From contig JBEPZZ010000017.1 in the NCBI GenBank assembly GCA_041640575.1, positions 17,080 through 33,617 on the forward strand: DNA of 16,538 nt. The letters are read 5' to 3'. Every line of letters begins with the position of its first letter. The stretch's first letter is position 1. This stretch comes from Pseudothermotoga sp. (GTDB lineage Bacteria > Thermotogota > Thermotogae > Thermotogales > DSM-5069). Under the pieces are notes generated by a model that saw only the letters and a program-made list of their open reading frames with translations, did no database searches and was not told where the DNA came from. The translations under genes were made by a program, and so were the position numbers. Of this stretch, positions 16,223 through 16,538 are shown piece by piece.

Positions 16223-16252
16223 TTGACAACTAAATTTAGTTTAAGCTATAAT
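16223..16252 (+). promoter_or_regulatory. Sigma70-type promoter for the solute-binding protein gene
   Basis: Exact TTGACA (16223-16228), 18-nt spacer, exact TATAAT (16247-16252), about 90 nt upstream of ATG 16344. Confidence 0.8.
16228..16241. promoter_or_regulatory. Putative repressor operator (perfect 14-bp palindrome AACTAAATTTAGTT)
   Basis: Perfect dyad occupying the -35/-10 spacer of the consensus promoter. Confidence 0.5.
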
Positions 16253-16343
16253 TTGTCAAAAAACCACAACCACCTAATGAGTAAAATTGCGGCAGAAAAT
16301 CTTAGTAAGCTAGTCGTAAGTATAAATCTGAGGGGGGATAAGC

Positions 16344-16538
16344 ATGAAGAGGTTAATGGTGGCAGTATTCTTGGTCTGTACCGCGGCGTTCATAATGGGT
16401 ATGAGCCTTGAGAATGGGATAATTGAGATCGGTAAGGTTTTTGTTCAAAACGGGATCACAGAAATACGCTTTTCCGTCTGGAGTTCCGGAGATCCAAACA
16501 GCGTCATTAGAGTACAAGGAATCGTGGAAGCAACCCGA
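16344..16538 (+). CDS. ABC transporter extracellular solute-binding protein (probably carbohydrate type), 5' part only
   Basis: Manual translation: MKRLMVAVFLVCTAAFIMGMSLENGIIEIGKVFVQNGITEIRFSVWSSGDPNSVIRVQGIVEATR, open to the window edge. It has a Sec-type signal peptide, a GAGGGGGG RBS and a consensus promoter. The EIRFSVW first strand is typical of family 1 solute-binding proteins. Confidence 0.7.
   Translation, partial: MKRLMVAVFLVCTAAFIMGMSLENGIIEIGKVFVQNGITEIRFSVWSSGDPNSVIRVQGIVEATR

Noticed and set aside
16220..16411. 63-aa plus-strand ORF
   Set aside because: It starts upstream of the consensus promoter and overlaps out of frame with the better-supported signal-peptide gene starting at 16344.

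Overview
AT-rich (roughly 37-38% GC by eye) bacterial chromosome segment. Protein sequences and GGAGGTG ribosome-binding sites point to Thermotogota (Thermotoga/Pseudothermotoga-like; from recalled similarity, not a search). Left to right: minus-strand nfnA and truncated nfnB (electron-bifurcating transhydrogenase). Next is a 333-nt intergenic gap with a C-rich structured element and a plus-strand terminator. Then a minus-strand ttuA-rodA-RodZ-like operon, and a divergent plus-strand operon (DUF2520/PanG-like, panB, sbcD, sbcC, HEAT-repeat protein). Converging on it are two decayed sugar ABC permease pseudogenes, and a minus-strand operon encoding a TIM-barrel isomerase-like protein, a transglutaminase-like protein, a dipeptide epimerase and an amidase. 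The window ends with a palindrome-rich divergent promoter region and the start of an ABC solute-binding protein. No rRNA, tRNA, CRISPR array or transposase was seen. The best candidates for something undescribed are (1) an orphan C-rich small RNA that could pair with G-rich Shine-Dalgarno sites, including that of the solute-binding gene, (2) a possible peptide-recycling module, and (3) a RodZ-like partner of RodA lacking the HTH domain.
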